Shown in pieces: positions 17,509 to 32,225 of a stretch of 64,000 nt of DNA (the stretch's first letter is position 1; each line of letters starts with the position of its first letter). The notes under the pieces are model-generated. The model did not search any database and was not told the DNA's origin. It worked only from the letters and a program-made list of their open reading frames with translations. Position numbers and translations under genes: made by a program. Source of the DNA: Verrucomicrobiota bacterium (lineage in GTDB: Bacteria > Verrucomicrobiota > Verrucomicrobiia > Limisphaerales > AAA164-E04); NCBI GenBank assembly GCA_047947115.1, contig CP170459.1, forward strand, positions 4,832,001 through 4,896,000, given 5' to 3'.

Positions 17509-20001
17509 ATGAAATTGATTATGTTATATTTAAGAAAAAAAGTCTCCGGGCGCGTCAGTGCTGCGGCATGTGTCATGGCAGCTACTGCGGGTTTCCTGCT
17601 GGCTCAGGTCAGTGAAGATTCCAAAACTCCGGTGCGAGCAGGCCAGGAAGCGTTTGATCTGGATGGAGATGGATTCCTGAACACCCAGGAAAAGCTGACG
17701 ATGATCCAAAAAACTATCGCTTCGTCAGGCGTTGATTTGATTGAGCCGGGTCAACAACAACCCTTTGGCCCTGGTCCGGGTGGTCCGGGTGGTCCGGGTG
17801 GTCCCGGTGGTCCGGTGGGCGGGGGCAAAACACCCCTTGTTGCACAGTTTGACGAAGATGGGGATGGCAAACTCAACAAGAAAGAGAGAGCCGAAGCTCG
17901 CATCGCTGCAAAGGAAAATCCAGGCGGACGTGGAGGTCCGGGCGGCAGAGGACGTTTCGGAGGCCGTGGACGCGGACAAGAATCCCGCACACCTCAGGCT
18001 GGGCAAGCGATGTCACCTGATCAGGTAACGCATTATCCGGATGCGGATTTATACGACCCGACCATTATCAGAACCATTTTCCTGACTTTTGAAAATGCAG
18101 ATTGGGAATCCGAACTGAAAGATTTCTACCGGACAGACGTCGAGGTTCCGGCTTCGATGAATGTGGACGGACAAGATTACGCCACCGTCGGGGTACGCTT
18201 TCGGGGCAACACTTCCAGCAGCAGAGTGCCCGACGGGTTCAAAAAATCGCTGAACCTCACCATCGATTACGAGAAAGGAAAACAGCGACTTTATGGCTAT
18301 ATAACCCTGAACCTGCTCAACGCCCACACAGATGCGTCCATGATGCATGAAGTGTTGTTTTCACACATCGCAAAGGAGTACATGCCATCTCTGAAGGCAA
18401 ATTATGTTCGCGTGGTGATCAATGGAGAAAGCTGGGGGTTGTATGTGAATTCCCAACAATTCAACAAAGAATTCCTGGAAGAAACCTTTGACACTCGCGG
18501 TGGCGTCCGATGGAAAAAAGCGGCGGATACCATGCGAGGCGGCGGTTTGATGTATGCAGGAAATGATATCTCAAGTTACGAAGGTCAGTATCAAATGAAA
18601 ACAGACTTGGAAGACCCCTCTTCGGCGTGGAACTCGCTGATCAACTTCACGCGCACCTTGGCGGAAGCGCCGGTTGAAAACCTGGAGGAAGCGCTGGATC
18701 CCTACCTCGACATTGACGGCGCCCTCTGGTTCCTGGCAATGGAAAATGTACTGATCGACAATGATGGTTATTGGATCCGGGCAAGCGATTTCAATTTTTA
18801 TCAGGATCCCGACGGACGTTTTCACATGGTGGCGCACGACAATAATGAAACCTTCAACAATCCCGGTGGACCCGGTTTCGGCAGGGATTCGGTGTCCGGT
18901 CTCGAACTGGATCCATTGTTTGGAATGGGACAGGAAAACAAACCGCTGTTGCGCATCCTTGAAAACCCGACCCTGCAGGCCCGTTATCTGGCGCATGTCA
19001 AAACCATCGCCGAAGAATGGTTGAACTGGGACAAGGCAGGTCCGGTGATCGAATCCTACAAAAAACTGATTCAGGATGATGTTCGACTCGACACCCGCCA
19101 TGAGGAAACCTATGAACAGTTCCTGGCAAGCTTCACCAACCGCTCTGAAGAAAGCCCGGGCATTGGATCTCCTGACTTGAAATCATTCATCGAAGAACGA
19201 GGCACATACCTGCTGAGCCATGAAAAGGTCGCAAGACCGGCCGCCACCATCGAGTCGGTGCGCGTATCGCCCCCTGTTCAAGACGAAAATGACCTGGGAC
19301 GATGGGAACTCCAAACCACGGTGCACGCCAAAGTGTCCGACCCCGAAAATGCATTGGACACCCTGGTGCTCTACACGAGCACCGATCCGATGAAACCTTT
19401 CCAACGCACCGAAATGCAACCCAGGCATGATGGCTCTTTCGAGGCAACCCTCACCAAGCTGCCTCCCGGAAAAAAACTCCATTACTATGTGGAAGCAAGA
19501 GGCATCCCCAACAAGACCGGTTCATCCTATTATCCCCGGACAGCGTCTTACAACGCGCTCCAGGTGGATCTCTTTCCAGCTGACACGGGGCATGGCGGAT
19601 TGGTTATCAGCGAAATCATGTCATCCAACACCGCGACCATTCAGGATCCGCAAGGTGATTACGATGACTGGATTGAAATCCACAACACGACCAGCGCCCC
19701 GATCGACCTCTCGGATTTCTTCCTGAGCGACAACGCATCGCGTCCCCTCAAATGGCAGTTTCCGGAAGGCACACGCATCGGCGCGGGAGAACGTTTATTG
19801 GTCTGGGCGGACGAAGATGGCAAGGCCAAGGGGGGCTTGCACGCCAACTTCAAACTGTCCGGCAAAGGTGAAAACATCATCCTGGCTCAACGTAAAAGCG
19901 GGGTCACAAGCGTCATCGATTTCCTGGCTTTCGAGGATCTGAAAAAAGATGAATCCATCAGCAAAACAGGCCGATCCGCCGCACCGACCCCAGGCCAATA
20001 A
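17509..20001 (+). CDS. CotH kinase family protein with EF-hand-like motifs and C-terminal lamin-tail domain
   Basis: DLDGDGFLN and DEDGDGKLN loops, GVRFRGNTS, KKSLNL, INGESWGLY, HDNNETF; ISEIMSSN...DWIEIHN...HANFKLS. Start uncertain. Confidence 0.85.
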   Translation: MKLIMLYLRKKVSGRVSAAACVMAATAGFLLAQVSEDSKTPVRAGQEAFDLDGDGFLNTQEKLTMIQKTIASSGVDLIEPGQQQPFGPGPGGPGGPGGPGGPVGGGKTPLVAQFDEDGDGKLNKKERAEARIAAKENPGGRGGPGGRGRFGGRGRGQESRTPQAGQAMSPDQVTHYPDADLYDPTIIRTIFLTFENADWESELKDFYRTDVEVPASMNVDGQDYATVGVRFRGNTSSSRVPDGFKKSLNLTIDYEKGKQRLYGYITLNLLNAHTDASMMHEVLFSHIAKEYMPSLKANYVRVVINGESWGLYVNSQQFNKEFLEETFDTRGGVRWKKAADTMRGGGLMYAGNDISSYEGQYQMKTDLEDPSSAWNSLINFTRTLAEAPVENLEEALDPYLDIDGALWFLAMENVLIDNDGYWIRASDFNFYQDPDGRFHMVAHDNNETFNNPGGPGFGRDSVSGLELDPLFGMGQENKPLLRILENPTLQARYLAHVKTIAEEWLNWDKAGPVIESYKKLIQDDVRLDTRHEETYEQFLASFTNRSEESPGIGSPDLKSFIEERGTYLLSHEKVARPAATIESVRVSPPVQDENDLGRWELQTTVHAKVSDPENALDTLVLYTSTDPMKPFQRTEMQPRHDGSFEATLTKLPPGKKLHYYVEARGIPNKTGSSYYPRTASYNALQVDLFPADTGHGGLVISEIMSSNTATIQDPQGDYDDWIEIHNTTSAPIDLSDFFLSDNASRPLKWQFPEGTRIGAGERLLVWADEDGKAKGGLHANFKLSGKGENIILAQRKSGVTSVIDFLAFEDLKKDESISKTGRSAAPTPGQ

Positions 20002-20079
20002 TCGAATTAAATGGTAAGCTATATTTTATCCTCGACTTGATCTGTCTTTGCCGGTGTCATTTTTGTGGTTTTGGTAGGG

Positions 20080-21213
20080 ATGGAAAACAGCGCAGCCACA
20101 ATTCGCCTGAACGATGAGGTCTCTGACACATTGAGACTGATCATCGAAGGGGAATTGCGCACAGAATCGATCGCAAGCACATGGGGACAGGCACGCCAAC
20201 AACTCCTGCGAGCCAAAAACAGCCAGGTCGTGATTGATGCTAAAGGTGTCAATTACTGTGACGGGACAGGGATCGCCATGCTGGCAGATTTGTTATTGGA
20301 ATCTCACCGGTCTCCTGCTCTCAAAATAACACTCGAAGGACTCCGGCCACCCTTTCAACTGCTGCTCGACCAGTTTGACCTCGAACATTTCAAACCATCC
20401 CCCGATCCCAAACCCGAATGCCTGCCGATCGCAGAAGAAGTGGGAAAAACAACGTTTGGGATTCTCAAGGATTTGAAATGGGTGATCCAATTCGTTGGTG
20501 AAAGTACACACGGACTGGCCCTCGCGATGAGGCATCCATCGTCCGTACGCTGGAAGGACGCGATCTGGACCATGGAAACCGCCGGGGTCAACGCTCTTCC
20601 CATTGTATGCCTGATCTGTTTCCTCATCGGTTTGATCATGGCATTTCAATCAGCGATCCCTCTCAAACAATTCGCCGCGGAACTGTTCATCGCCAATCTG
20701 GTCAGTGTCGCCATGCTCCGGGAACTGGGTCCATTGATGACCGCGATCCTGCTGGCCGGACGTTCGGGCTCCGCTTTTGCCGCTGAGATCGGCACCATGA
20801 AGGTCAACGAGGAGATCAATGCTTTGCAAACGATGGGACTGAACCCCGTTCGCTTCCTGGCCATCCCCCGCATTCTGGGAGCGGTCGCGGTCACGCCTCT
20901 GCTCACATTGTTTGCCAATTTCATGGGGCTGGTGGGTGGCTGGGTGGTTTATCTGTCCCTGGGATTCCCGACCATCGTCTATGTCAACCAGATCCGGACG
21001 GCCGTCACGCTGACCGATTTATGGGGAGGACTCTTCAAAGCGGCGGTTTTTGGTCTGTTGGTCGCGGGCATCGGATGTCTTCGCGGACTTCAAACCCGCA
21101 TCGGAGCCAGCGCAGTGGGTCTGTCCACCACCCGGGCGGTCGTCAGTGGAATCGTGTTGATCGTCATCGCGGACGGCGTGTTTTCCGTCCTGTATTACCT
21201 GCTCGGCATATGA
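20080..21213 (+). CDS. mlaE: MlaE family ABC permease with N-terminal STAS domain
   Basis: RELGPLMTAILLAGRSGSAFAAEIGTMKVNEEI. Confidence 0.92.
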   Translation: MENSAATIRLNDEVSDTLRLIIEGELRTESIASTWGQARQQLLRAKNSQVVIDAKGVNYCDGTGIAMLADLLLESHRSPALKITLEGLRPPFQLLLDQFDLEHFKPSPDPKPECLPIAEEVGKTTFGILKDLKWVIQFVGESTHGLALAMRHPSSVRWKDAIWTMETAGVNALPIVCLICFLIGLIMAFQSAIPLKQFAAELFIANLVSVAMLRELGPLMTAILLAGRSGSAFAAEIGTMKVNEEINALQTMGLNPVRFLAIPRILGAVAVTPLLTLFANFMGLVGGWVVYLSLGFPTIVYVNQIRTAVTLTDLWGGLFKAAVFGLLVAGIGCLRGLQTRIGASAVGLSTTRAVVSGIVLIVIADGVFSVLYYLLGI

Positions 21214-22007
21214 CATCCACTCCTCCAAACGTGATACAAGTAACGAGCTTGAAATGTGCGTATGAGGATGCCGTGATCCTGAAGGATGTGGATTTCTCAG
21301 TCAGAAAAGGCGAGGTCTTTGTCATCCTGGGCGGTTCCGGATGCGGTAAAAGCACCCTTCTGAAACACCTGATCGGTCTCTATCCGCCGGCCAATGGAAC
21401 CATCCTGATTTCAGGAAGAGACATCGCCCATGCAACCGAACGGGAACATGTCGAAATTCTGAAAAACATCGGGGTCATGTATCAGAGCGGCGCCTTGTTC
21501 GGTTCCATGTCCTTGCTGGAAAATGTCCGACTTCCGTTGGAGGAGCACACCGATCTGGATGTACATGCCATGAATCTGATCGCACACATGAAATTATCAC
21601 TTGTGGGATTGGGAGACTACATCAAACACTACCCTTCGGAGATCAGTGGCGGCATGCAAAAGCGGGCAGCGATCGCACGTGCCATGGCTCTGGATCCAGA
21701 GATTCTCTTTCTGGACGAACCTTCAGCCGGACTGGACCCCATCACCTCCGCGGAACTGGATGCATTGATACGCCGCCTAGCAGAAAGTCTTGGCATCACG
21801 TGTGTCATTGTTTCCCACGAGCTGGCCAGTATTTTTGCCATCGCGGACCGGGTGATCATGCTGGATCGCGAGACCAGGGGAATCATTGCCGACGGGGATC
21901 CTAAAACCTTGCGGGAGTCCCATCCCAATGCGAAAGTGCGCGAGTTCTTTAATCGAGGTCAACTGGACCGGGGCGCGCCGGCGATAAAAGAGACCAGGAC
22001 AACATGA
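21210..22007 (+). CDS. mlaF: MlaF family ABC ATP-binding protein
   Basis: GGSGCGKS, ISGGMQKR, DEPSAGLDP. ATGA overlap with mlaE. Confidence 0.92.
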   Translation: MTSTPPNVIQVTSLKCAYEDAVILKDVDFSVRKGEVFVILGGSGCGKSTLLKHLIGLYPPANGTILISGRDIAHATEREHVEILKNIGVMYQSGALFGSMSLLENVRLPLEEHTDLDVHAMNLIAHMKLSLVGLGDYIKHYPSEISGGMQKRAAIARAMALDPEILFLDEPSAGLDPITSAELDALIRRLAESLGITCVIVSHELASIFAIADRVIMLDRETRGIIADGDPKTLRESHPNAKVREFFNRGQLDRGAPAIKETRTT

Positions 22008-22981
22008 GCAGCAAAGCAAACTATTTCAAACTGGGGCTGTTTGTCATCGGGGCGGCGGCATTGGCCATCGGAGCCATCCTGACGATGAGCATCGGATCCA
22101 TGTTCGAAGACCATCCCGTTTTCGAGACTTATCTGGATCAATCGGTGCATGGTGTGGACCTCGGCACGACGGTGAAATTCCGGGGTGTTCCCATCGGGAA
22201 TGTCAAGGCGATTGACTTCACCCGCAGCGTCTATGAATCCGACAAGCCGATGGAGCAGCGCAAACCCTATGTACGCATCCTGGTATCCCTCGAGCAGGAC
22301 ATCTTTGAAACCGCCAGCACGCCGCAGCAAACGCTCATGCAACGTGAAGTGGAACGCGGATTGCGCGTCCGCATGGCCAGCGTGGGGCTAACTGGAACAT
22401 CCTATATTGAGCTCGACTATCTGGACACTGATTCCAACCCGCCTCTTGAAATCGATTGGACGCCCCAAAACGTCTACATCCCCTCTGCGGGCAGTTCCTT
22501 CACGCGCATCGTCAGCGCTGCCGAGGAAGTATTTCGAAAACTGGAAAATGTCGATATGGAGGGGTTGGTCGACAACGTGAACGGCCTGTTTTCAGTGGCC
22601 AAAATCAAACTCGAAAACACGAACCTCGAATCCATCGGCGGCAACCTGGATCAGTTGTTGAAGGAATTGCGCACCACCAATCAGGAAATTCAAAAACTGC
22701 TGACCGAACTCGATCTCCCCACCATCTCAAGCGAAACACAAAAAGCGCTGGCCTCGATGCAATCCCTGTTTGATGATCCCAAACTCAAGGACACCATCGG
22801 GGAATTGCACGATGCCCTGGAAAACCTCAACCGCCTGACTGGGGGCAACCAAGGACGCATTGGACTGGTGCTCGACAACCTGCGCGCCTTGACGAACAAC
22901 CTGAAATCCATCACGGAAAACGCCAAGAACTACCCCAGTCAATTGCTCTTCGGCGATCCCCCGCCCAATCGAAAGCCATAA
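22004..22981 (+). CDS. mlaD: MlaD/MCE family protein
   Basis: N-terminal TM helix, SVHGVDLGTTVKFRGVPIGNV, helical C-terminus ending PSQLLFG. Confidence 0.9.
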   Translation: MSSKANYFKLGLFVIGAAALAIGAILTMSIGSMFEDHPVFETYLDQSVHGVDLGTTVKFRGVPIGNVKAIDFTRSVYESDKPMEQRKPYVRILVSLEQDIFETASTPQQTLMQREVERGLRVRMASVGLTGTSYIELDYLDTDSNPPLEIDWTPQNVYIPSAGSSFTRIVSAAEEVFRKLENVDMEGLVDNVNGLFSVAKIKLENTNLESIGGNLDQLLKELRTTNQEIQKLLTELDLPTISSETQKALASMQSLFDDPKLKDTIGELHDALENLNRLTGGNQGRIGLVLDNLRALTNNLKSITENAKNYPSQLLFGDPPPNRKP

Positions 22982-22996
22982 CGATTGTTTCCCGAC

Positions 22997-23650
22997 ATGA
23001 AAAAAACGCTCAACCTTATATGGATACTTGTCCCGACACTCCTCATCGTGATGTCTGCCGGGTGCGCGCTCAACAAGCCATATCCGAACAAGTCCTATCA
23101 CCTCCCGCACATCGAATCACCTGGAAGAGCAGCGACAGAACCACCTACTTTCCCCCACCGCATCAAAGTGCGGAACCTCAGAGTGGAATCTCCCTTTGAA
23201 GGCAAATCATTCGTGTACCGATTGGGAGACGATCAATGGACGACGGATTTCTATCACGAATGGTTCACCTTCCCCAGAGACATCCTTACCGAGAACTGCG
23301 TGGCCTACCTGACTCACAAAAGCAGCTTCGGACTCATCTCCACGGAAGATAGCCTGGTAGACGCCGCTTATTATCTGGAAGGCACATTGAACTCATTCCA
23401 CCAAGACAGGAGAAACGCGCAGTCCATGAACGCCGTGGTGAGGACTCGATGGGTTTTGATTCCGAACAAGCCATTGTCCAATGCCATGGAGAAAACCCTG
23501 TTGTGGTCAAAAGAGTTCGATGTGCACGTCCCATGCAAAACCGATACCCCGCAAGCCTTCGCCGTGGCAATGGCAACTGCCATGGAACAAACCTTCGAAT
23601 CTTTGGACACAGAACTCATCAACCATTTCAAACCACCCGTTGTGAAATGA
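22997..23650 (+). CDS. ABC-type transport auxiliary lipoprotein (PqiC-like)
   Basis: Lipobox SAGC; follows the MCE gene; FVYR...DFYHEWF. Confidence 0.8.
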   Translation: MKKTLNLIWILVPTLLIVMSAGCALNKPYPNKSYHLPHIESPGRAATEPPTFPHRIKVRNLRVESPFEGKSFVYRLGDDQWTTDFYHEWFTFPRDILTENCVAYLTHKSSFGLISTEDSLVDAAYYLEGTLNSFHQDRRNAQSMNAVVRTRWVLIPNKPLSNAMEKTLLWSKEFDVHVPCKTDTPQAFAVAMATAMEQTFESLDTELINHFKPPVVK

Positions 23651-23696
23651 CGAGAACATGCGTTCGGCATCGAATCCGGCCATCCGGATTCCCGGC

Positions 23697-25058
23697 TTAG
23701 TCAACAGCCGATTCAAAGATCATCAATCCGCGGAAGTCATGATACATCCCCTTCCAGACATTCGCTTTTCCTGATTGCAAAACTTCGCCTTCCGCAGAGA
23801 CCGAACTGTACCAAATACCATCTTTCGGATCGATCATATGCGACTCCAGAAATTCGACGGTTTGTCGCAGTGGCCTGGAAACATGAGCAGTCAATGGCCC
23901 CTGATAAGCATAAGCCAATGCAGCCACCATTTCAGACTGACACCACCAGACTTTGTTCTGGTCATGCGCTTTCGTTTTGGGCATTCCCAAGTTATAAATT
24001 CCACCCCGTTGATGATCGAATCCATAGCGCAAAGAATGATCAATGTGCGCCTTGAAATGGCCCCAATCCAAAGGTTCACCCAGAACCTCCTGAGCCCTGA
24101 GCATCAGCCAGGCAAACTCAACATTGTGCCCATAGGATATCCCGTCGCTACGACCTCCGCTGACGCGCTGCCAGTCGGGCGTCTGATGAAAGGAGGATGC
24201 GTCCGGATCAAGCGGGTAAAAATACCGGCGGTTGATTTCCAAAGATTCTTTCAAGGCTCGCCGCACCTCGCTGGATTGGGTCACTTCATGAAGCTCTGCC
24301 AAAGCTTCCATCCAATGCAAATGGGCATTGCCGCTCTTGTGCCCGGTCAATTCCACATATGCTCCCTCGGCAGGACTTTGAATCCAGGTCCAATCGGGTT
24401 CAAAATGTTCGAACCAACCGCCATGTTCTTCGTCATAGGCATGTTTTTGCAAGGTATGGAAGAGTTCCACAGCCTGATTGATCGCCTGTGTTTCGCCGGA
24501 GGCACGATAATACTCCACCAGCGCATAAATCACAAACGCCTGACCGTAGAACAGTTTCTTGTCATTTGTCACACTCCCCGACCGATCCGTGCTCCAGTAA
24601 AATCCACCGTGCGTCCGGTCGTAGAAACGATCCATCAGAAAAGCATAACCCTGACGCGCCGCTTCGAGGTAGGATACCGAATCCGATCGGAACCCTTTGT
24701 TCCAGGCGTGGGCAAACCCCCAGATCATACGGCTCTGGGTCACCAGTTGCTTCTCGATCTGGTCTTTGGATCCTGAATGGGGATCCGCCAGGAGATAACC
24801 CCCATGAGCCTCATCCACGGTAGTTCGATACCAATAAGGCAAGACCTTTTCTTCCAGGATCCACCGGTGCTTTTGAGCGAGGGTTTGCAATACGGTTGCG
24901 TCCTCGTCGGCTGAAACAGCGCACGTATTTAAAAACATCAAGGCGACCATGAGGTGACAGATTGGGTTGATTTTTACAGGCATCATTTTCGTTGGGTTGA
25001 GTTGACTCGAACCAGGAAACATGGATTTGTGATAAACCATCCGGTCCACCCGGTTCAT
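23697..25058 (-). CDS. AGE family epimerase/isomerase (cellobiose 2-epimerase-like)
   Basis: QSRMIW, YGQAFVIYAL, NAHLHWMEA, SYGHNVEFAW, KVWWCQSE, WKGMYH. True start probably near 24986. Confidence 0.88.
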   Translation of the reverse strand: MNRVDRMVYHKSMFPGSSQLNPTKMMPVKINPICHLMVALMFLNTCAVSADEDATVLQTLAQKHRWILEEKVLPYWYRTTVDEAHGGYLLADPHSGSKDQIEKQLVTQSRMIWGFAHAWNKGFRSDSVSYLEAARQGYAFLMDRFYDRTHGGFYWSTDRSGSVTNDKKLFYGQAFVIYALVEYYRASGETQAINQAVELFHTLQKHAYDEEHGGWFEHFEPDWTWIQSPAEGAYVELTGHKSGNAHLHWMEALAELHEVTQSSEVRRALKESLEINRRYFYPLDPDASSFHQTPDWQRVSGGRSDGISYGHNVEFAWLMLRAQEVLGEPLDWGHFKAHIDHSLRYGFDHQRGGIYNLGMPKTKAHDQNKVWWCQSEMVAALAYAYQGPLTAHVSRPLRQTVEFLESHMIDPKDGIWYSSVSAEGEVLQSGKANVWKGMYHDFRGLMIFESAVD

Positions 25059-25072
25059 CTTTTCAAAAAAAC

Positions 25073-29101
<4,029 letters not shown>

Positions 29102-29520
29102 GGCTGCACGATAGCCAAGAGCCGATTTGAATTGAAGCCTGAATATTCCCTCACCAGGCACCGCAAAACCCCCTGTTTTGATTGATTGCCAACCCGGCCC
29201 GGCCAGTCAATGAGTATTCCGACATACCCGATCAGGAACAGGTGGGTGTTGATGAATCCTGGAAGCGCTTGTGGCTGCACGGGAGTCAGTTCAACGTGGA
29301 GACCTTCTTATTCAGTCGACGTCACATGAGAGGGTGCTGTTACCTTGGGCATGACCAACAATGGAGTAGATACCATCCATCCACTCTGTGTCGCGACAGA
29401 AGTCAAATTGTGATGAATCCGTCTGCCCGCATGATGTAAGTCGCGTCATTTATGCATTGCGGCATGACGCCGTGTTCCACCAATATTAACAAAATTCCAA
29501 TCTGGTAAGCTAACAGGACA

Positions 29521-30195
29521 ATGAATTCCGAACAGAACAAACCTCAAATATTAGAATCGATCATTCGTGCGCGGAAAACCGATAAGATTACATGTGAAGT
29601 AGAGGATCGGCGCCCGGTTCCCGACGAACGACAACAGCATGGCAACGCAATCGTTCTTCACTCGCTCGAAGTGGCGGGATGGGCTCCGTTTCATTATCCA
29701 TCAAACGATAAAAACATTCACGAACCCTGGAGAGCTTATGTTTTGTGGGATGAAAAAGTTTCAAACCTTCTCCGTGAACTAACAAACGAACACAGATTCA
29801 AGCAGAGCAAACTACAAAAACTCACCGCTGCATGCAGCGCCTTGGTATTGGTCACCTGGATACCAGAGCAGAGGACTGAAATCAAAGAAGAGAACAGAAA
29901 TATCATCAACGAAGAGAACCTGGCAGCCGCTGCCGCCATGGTTCAAAATTTTCTGTTGATGTTGACCGCACACGGCATGAGGAACTATTGGTCGAGTGGT
30001 GGTGATCTCGGTAAACCGGACGTCTTTGAACTCCTGGGGATCCCCAAACAAGAACGGCTCATTGCCGCTGTTTTCATCGACTATAACCACATGAAGGACC
30101 TCCAACCGTACAAAACCTGCGCCCCGGGCAAACATCGGGATAAAAGAACGACCAACTGGATCCAACAAAGCCGCATCCATTCAAAAAGCCATTGA
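29521..30195 (+). CDS. Nitroreductase family protein
   Basis: IRARKT, WAPFH, EPWR, EENLAAAAAMVQNFLL, YWSSGG. Confidence 0.85.
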   Translation: MNSEQNKPQILESIIRARKTDKITCEVEDRRPVPDERQQHGNAIVLHSLEVAGWAPFHYPSNDKNIHEPWRAYVLWDEKVSNLLRELTNEHRFKQSKLQKLTAACSALVLVTWIPEQRTEIKEENRNIINEENLAAAAAMVQNFLLMLTAHGMRNYWSSGGDLGKPDVFELLGIPKQERLIAAVFIDYNHMKDLQPYKTCAPGKHRDKRTTNWIQQSRIHSKSH

Positions 30196-30711
30196 AACAT
30201 TGAGAGCCCTAACCCAGAAATCCTGCATCTTAGTGCCTTGGTTAGTTTGTGTGAGAAAACATCACTTTGCATGATGGCGGGCCAAGGACTAATCTTTACA
30301 TGACCAATGGTGTTCTGCTCATCGGACCAATCATTTGTTGGTTCATGTCAAGCATCTTGAAACATTCACAAGCCAAACTCGATCTTATTATGGGCAAAAT
30401 GCTCCCAAAAGATCATCCAGCAGTGATTGTGAATTCCCTGACACATCAAGATCGAAACAAAAGAAAATTCAACGGTCAACTGATCCCCGCCTTCTGCTGC
30501 TGAGTTTTAACCATTGCCTGTTATACTGCGGTACTAAGTCAATTCGTATCAAATATAATGACACACCCACCTGCGTGGAACCTGCACCCACAACCACAAC
30601 CAGGCACCCGTGGATTTGAACGTGTTTGAATATTGCCAAAATGCCCCCTGAACAGTGCTGCAAGCGCCAGCCCCCACTTTGTGTCCTCGTGCCTTTGTGT
30701 GAGAAAAAATA

Positions 30712-31305
30712 AATGTTGGCGTCCTGAAAGGTTCCCGTATAGCTCACATGGCGCCTCCACACGAAAGGGTTCCCCACTTGATGAAAGATCTTTTTGCATT
30801 CATCAAAAAAGACAAACACCACGCACTCATAAAAAGCGCCGTGTTCCATTACGAACTGGAGTTTATCCATCCGTTCGAAGAAGGCAATGGAAGGATCGGT
30901 CGGTTTTGGCATAGCTTGTTGCTATTCCATTATCATCCCGCATTTGAATTTGCGCCAATCGAGTCACTGATCAAAACCCATCAAACGGAATACTACAAGG
31001 TGTTGAGATTGTCGGACAAGGCAGGTGATTCGACCATGTTCATCGAATTCTCTCTCCATATCGTCAGACAAGCATTTACCGAATTCATCGAAGCACTGAG
31101 ACCCGGCCCAGCCACCCCACAATCACGCTTGGAATTGGCAAAAGCCCATTTTGCCGCGAGACATTTTTCTCGAAAAGATTACCTAAGACTGTTCAAAACG
31201 ATTTCATCGGCGACCGCGAATAGAGACTTAAAAACAGCCGTAACAAAAGGCAATCTTCAAAAAACCGGTAACAAAGCACGAACAAGATTCCAATTCAAAC
31301 CCTGA
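30712..31305 (+). pseudogene. 5'-truncated Fic family protein
   Basis: Fic motif HPFEEGNGRIGR and C-terminal HTH (ISSATANRDL). Fic-like frame (NVGVLKGSRIAHMAPP) starts abruptly after a repeat-like tract at 30677-30710. Confidence 0.75.
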
Positions 31306-31563
31306 AAAAAGGTGATTGGGACTTGTATCTGTCTATGTTCGCTCTGTCTTGGGGATCTAGTCTCGATAGTCCTCATTTGGACCGCATTAATGTTGTCATC
31401 CTATGCTTTCTCGGTCCCATGCTGTCGAAAGCCCCCCAAACATGAATGATAAGAATCTTGTTCCGGATTCAAATATTGAACATCGAGACTTGACCCTACC
31501 ACCTATTTTTTGTGGCTGTTTTGTGGCTAGCCGGCTAGAAACATCGCAACTTGCTGATAATGA

Positions 31564-31638
31564 TGGTGCACGCTGCAGGGTTCGAACCTGCGACACCTGC
31601 CGTGTGAAGGCAGTGCTCTACCACTGAGCTAAGCGTGC
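31564..31638 (-). tRNA. tRNA-Val (anticodon CAC)
   Basis: GCACGCTTAGCTCAGTGGTAGAGCACTGCCTTCACACGGCAGGTGTCGCAGGTTCGAACCCTGCAGCGTGCACCA folds as a cloverleaf with encoded CCA. Confidence 0.97.
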
Positions 31639-31720
31639 GTGGCCACGAGGCGGATAATCTAGGTGATGGGGCTCTGGTTTGGCAAGGCATTCTTTTTGGT
31701 GGATTTGGTTATTTTTTCTC

Positions 31721-32187
31721 TCGCAAAGGCGCGGAGACGCAGAGGGGGAAAGTTTTTTGAAGGGAATCGAGGGGAGTCGGATGGTGTGGGCTTCCCGAAA
31801 TGGAGGTGGGTGGTTGTCAGGGGTGCTGTGAGGGGCGTGACGGGACGTCCCCCGCTACCGAGCGGCTTCACCTTAATCAAATTCTTTGCGTTCCTGGCGG
31901 TCTTTGCGCCTTGGCGAGATAAACCTATTGAGCGATACGGATCCACAACCAGCAATCCATTTCAGGAATGTGTTGGTCCACGTTGTATGCAGGTTGTAAA
32001 GAAGCTTTGAGTGGTTATGACGTTTTCGATGGTTGCTTGTTTTTATCGCAAAGACGCAAAGACGCGGAGGCGCAAAGTTTTTTTTGAGGCAAATCGCGTA
32101 GGGGGTTGGATGGTGTGGGCTTCCCGAAATGAAGGTGGATGTTCAGGGGTGCTGTGAGAGGGCGTACCGGGACGTCCCGTGGCTACC
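31721..32187. repeat. Two diverged ~140-bp direct repeats (31721-31859, 32046-32187), each ending in a GTAG-type REP-like hairpin
   Basis: Shared ggatggtgtgggcttcccgaaatg, caggggtgctgtgag and gggacgtccc...gctacc. Confidence 0.8.
31875..32089. repeat. ~215-bp MITE-like element, copy 1
   Basis: ctttgcg-rich left end and cgcaaag-rich right end. The reverse complement aligns with 37151-37366. Confidence 0.8.
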
Positions 32188-32225
32188 CGGGGGAAGCGCA
32201 TGGTTTATCTGATGTCCTGCTTTGT

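Noticed and set aside
29182..29520. Small ORF or ncRNA upstream of the nitroreductase
   Set aside because: Only one short hairpin (gcgtcat...atgacgc) was seen, with no recognisable RNA family or protein features.
30267..30619. Short ORFs in the tRNA flank
   Set aside because: No recognisable homology; probably decayed sequence.
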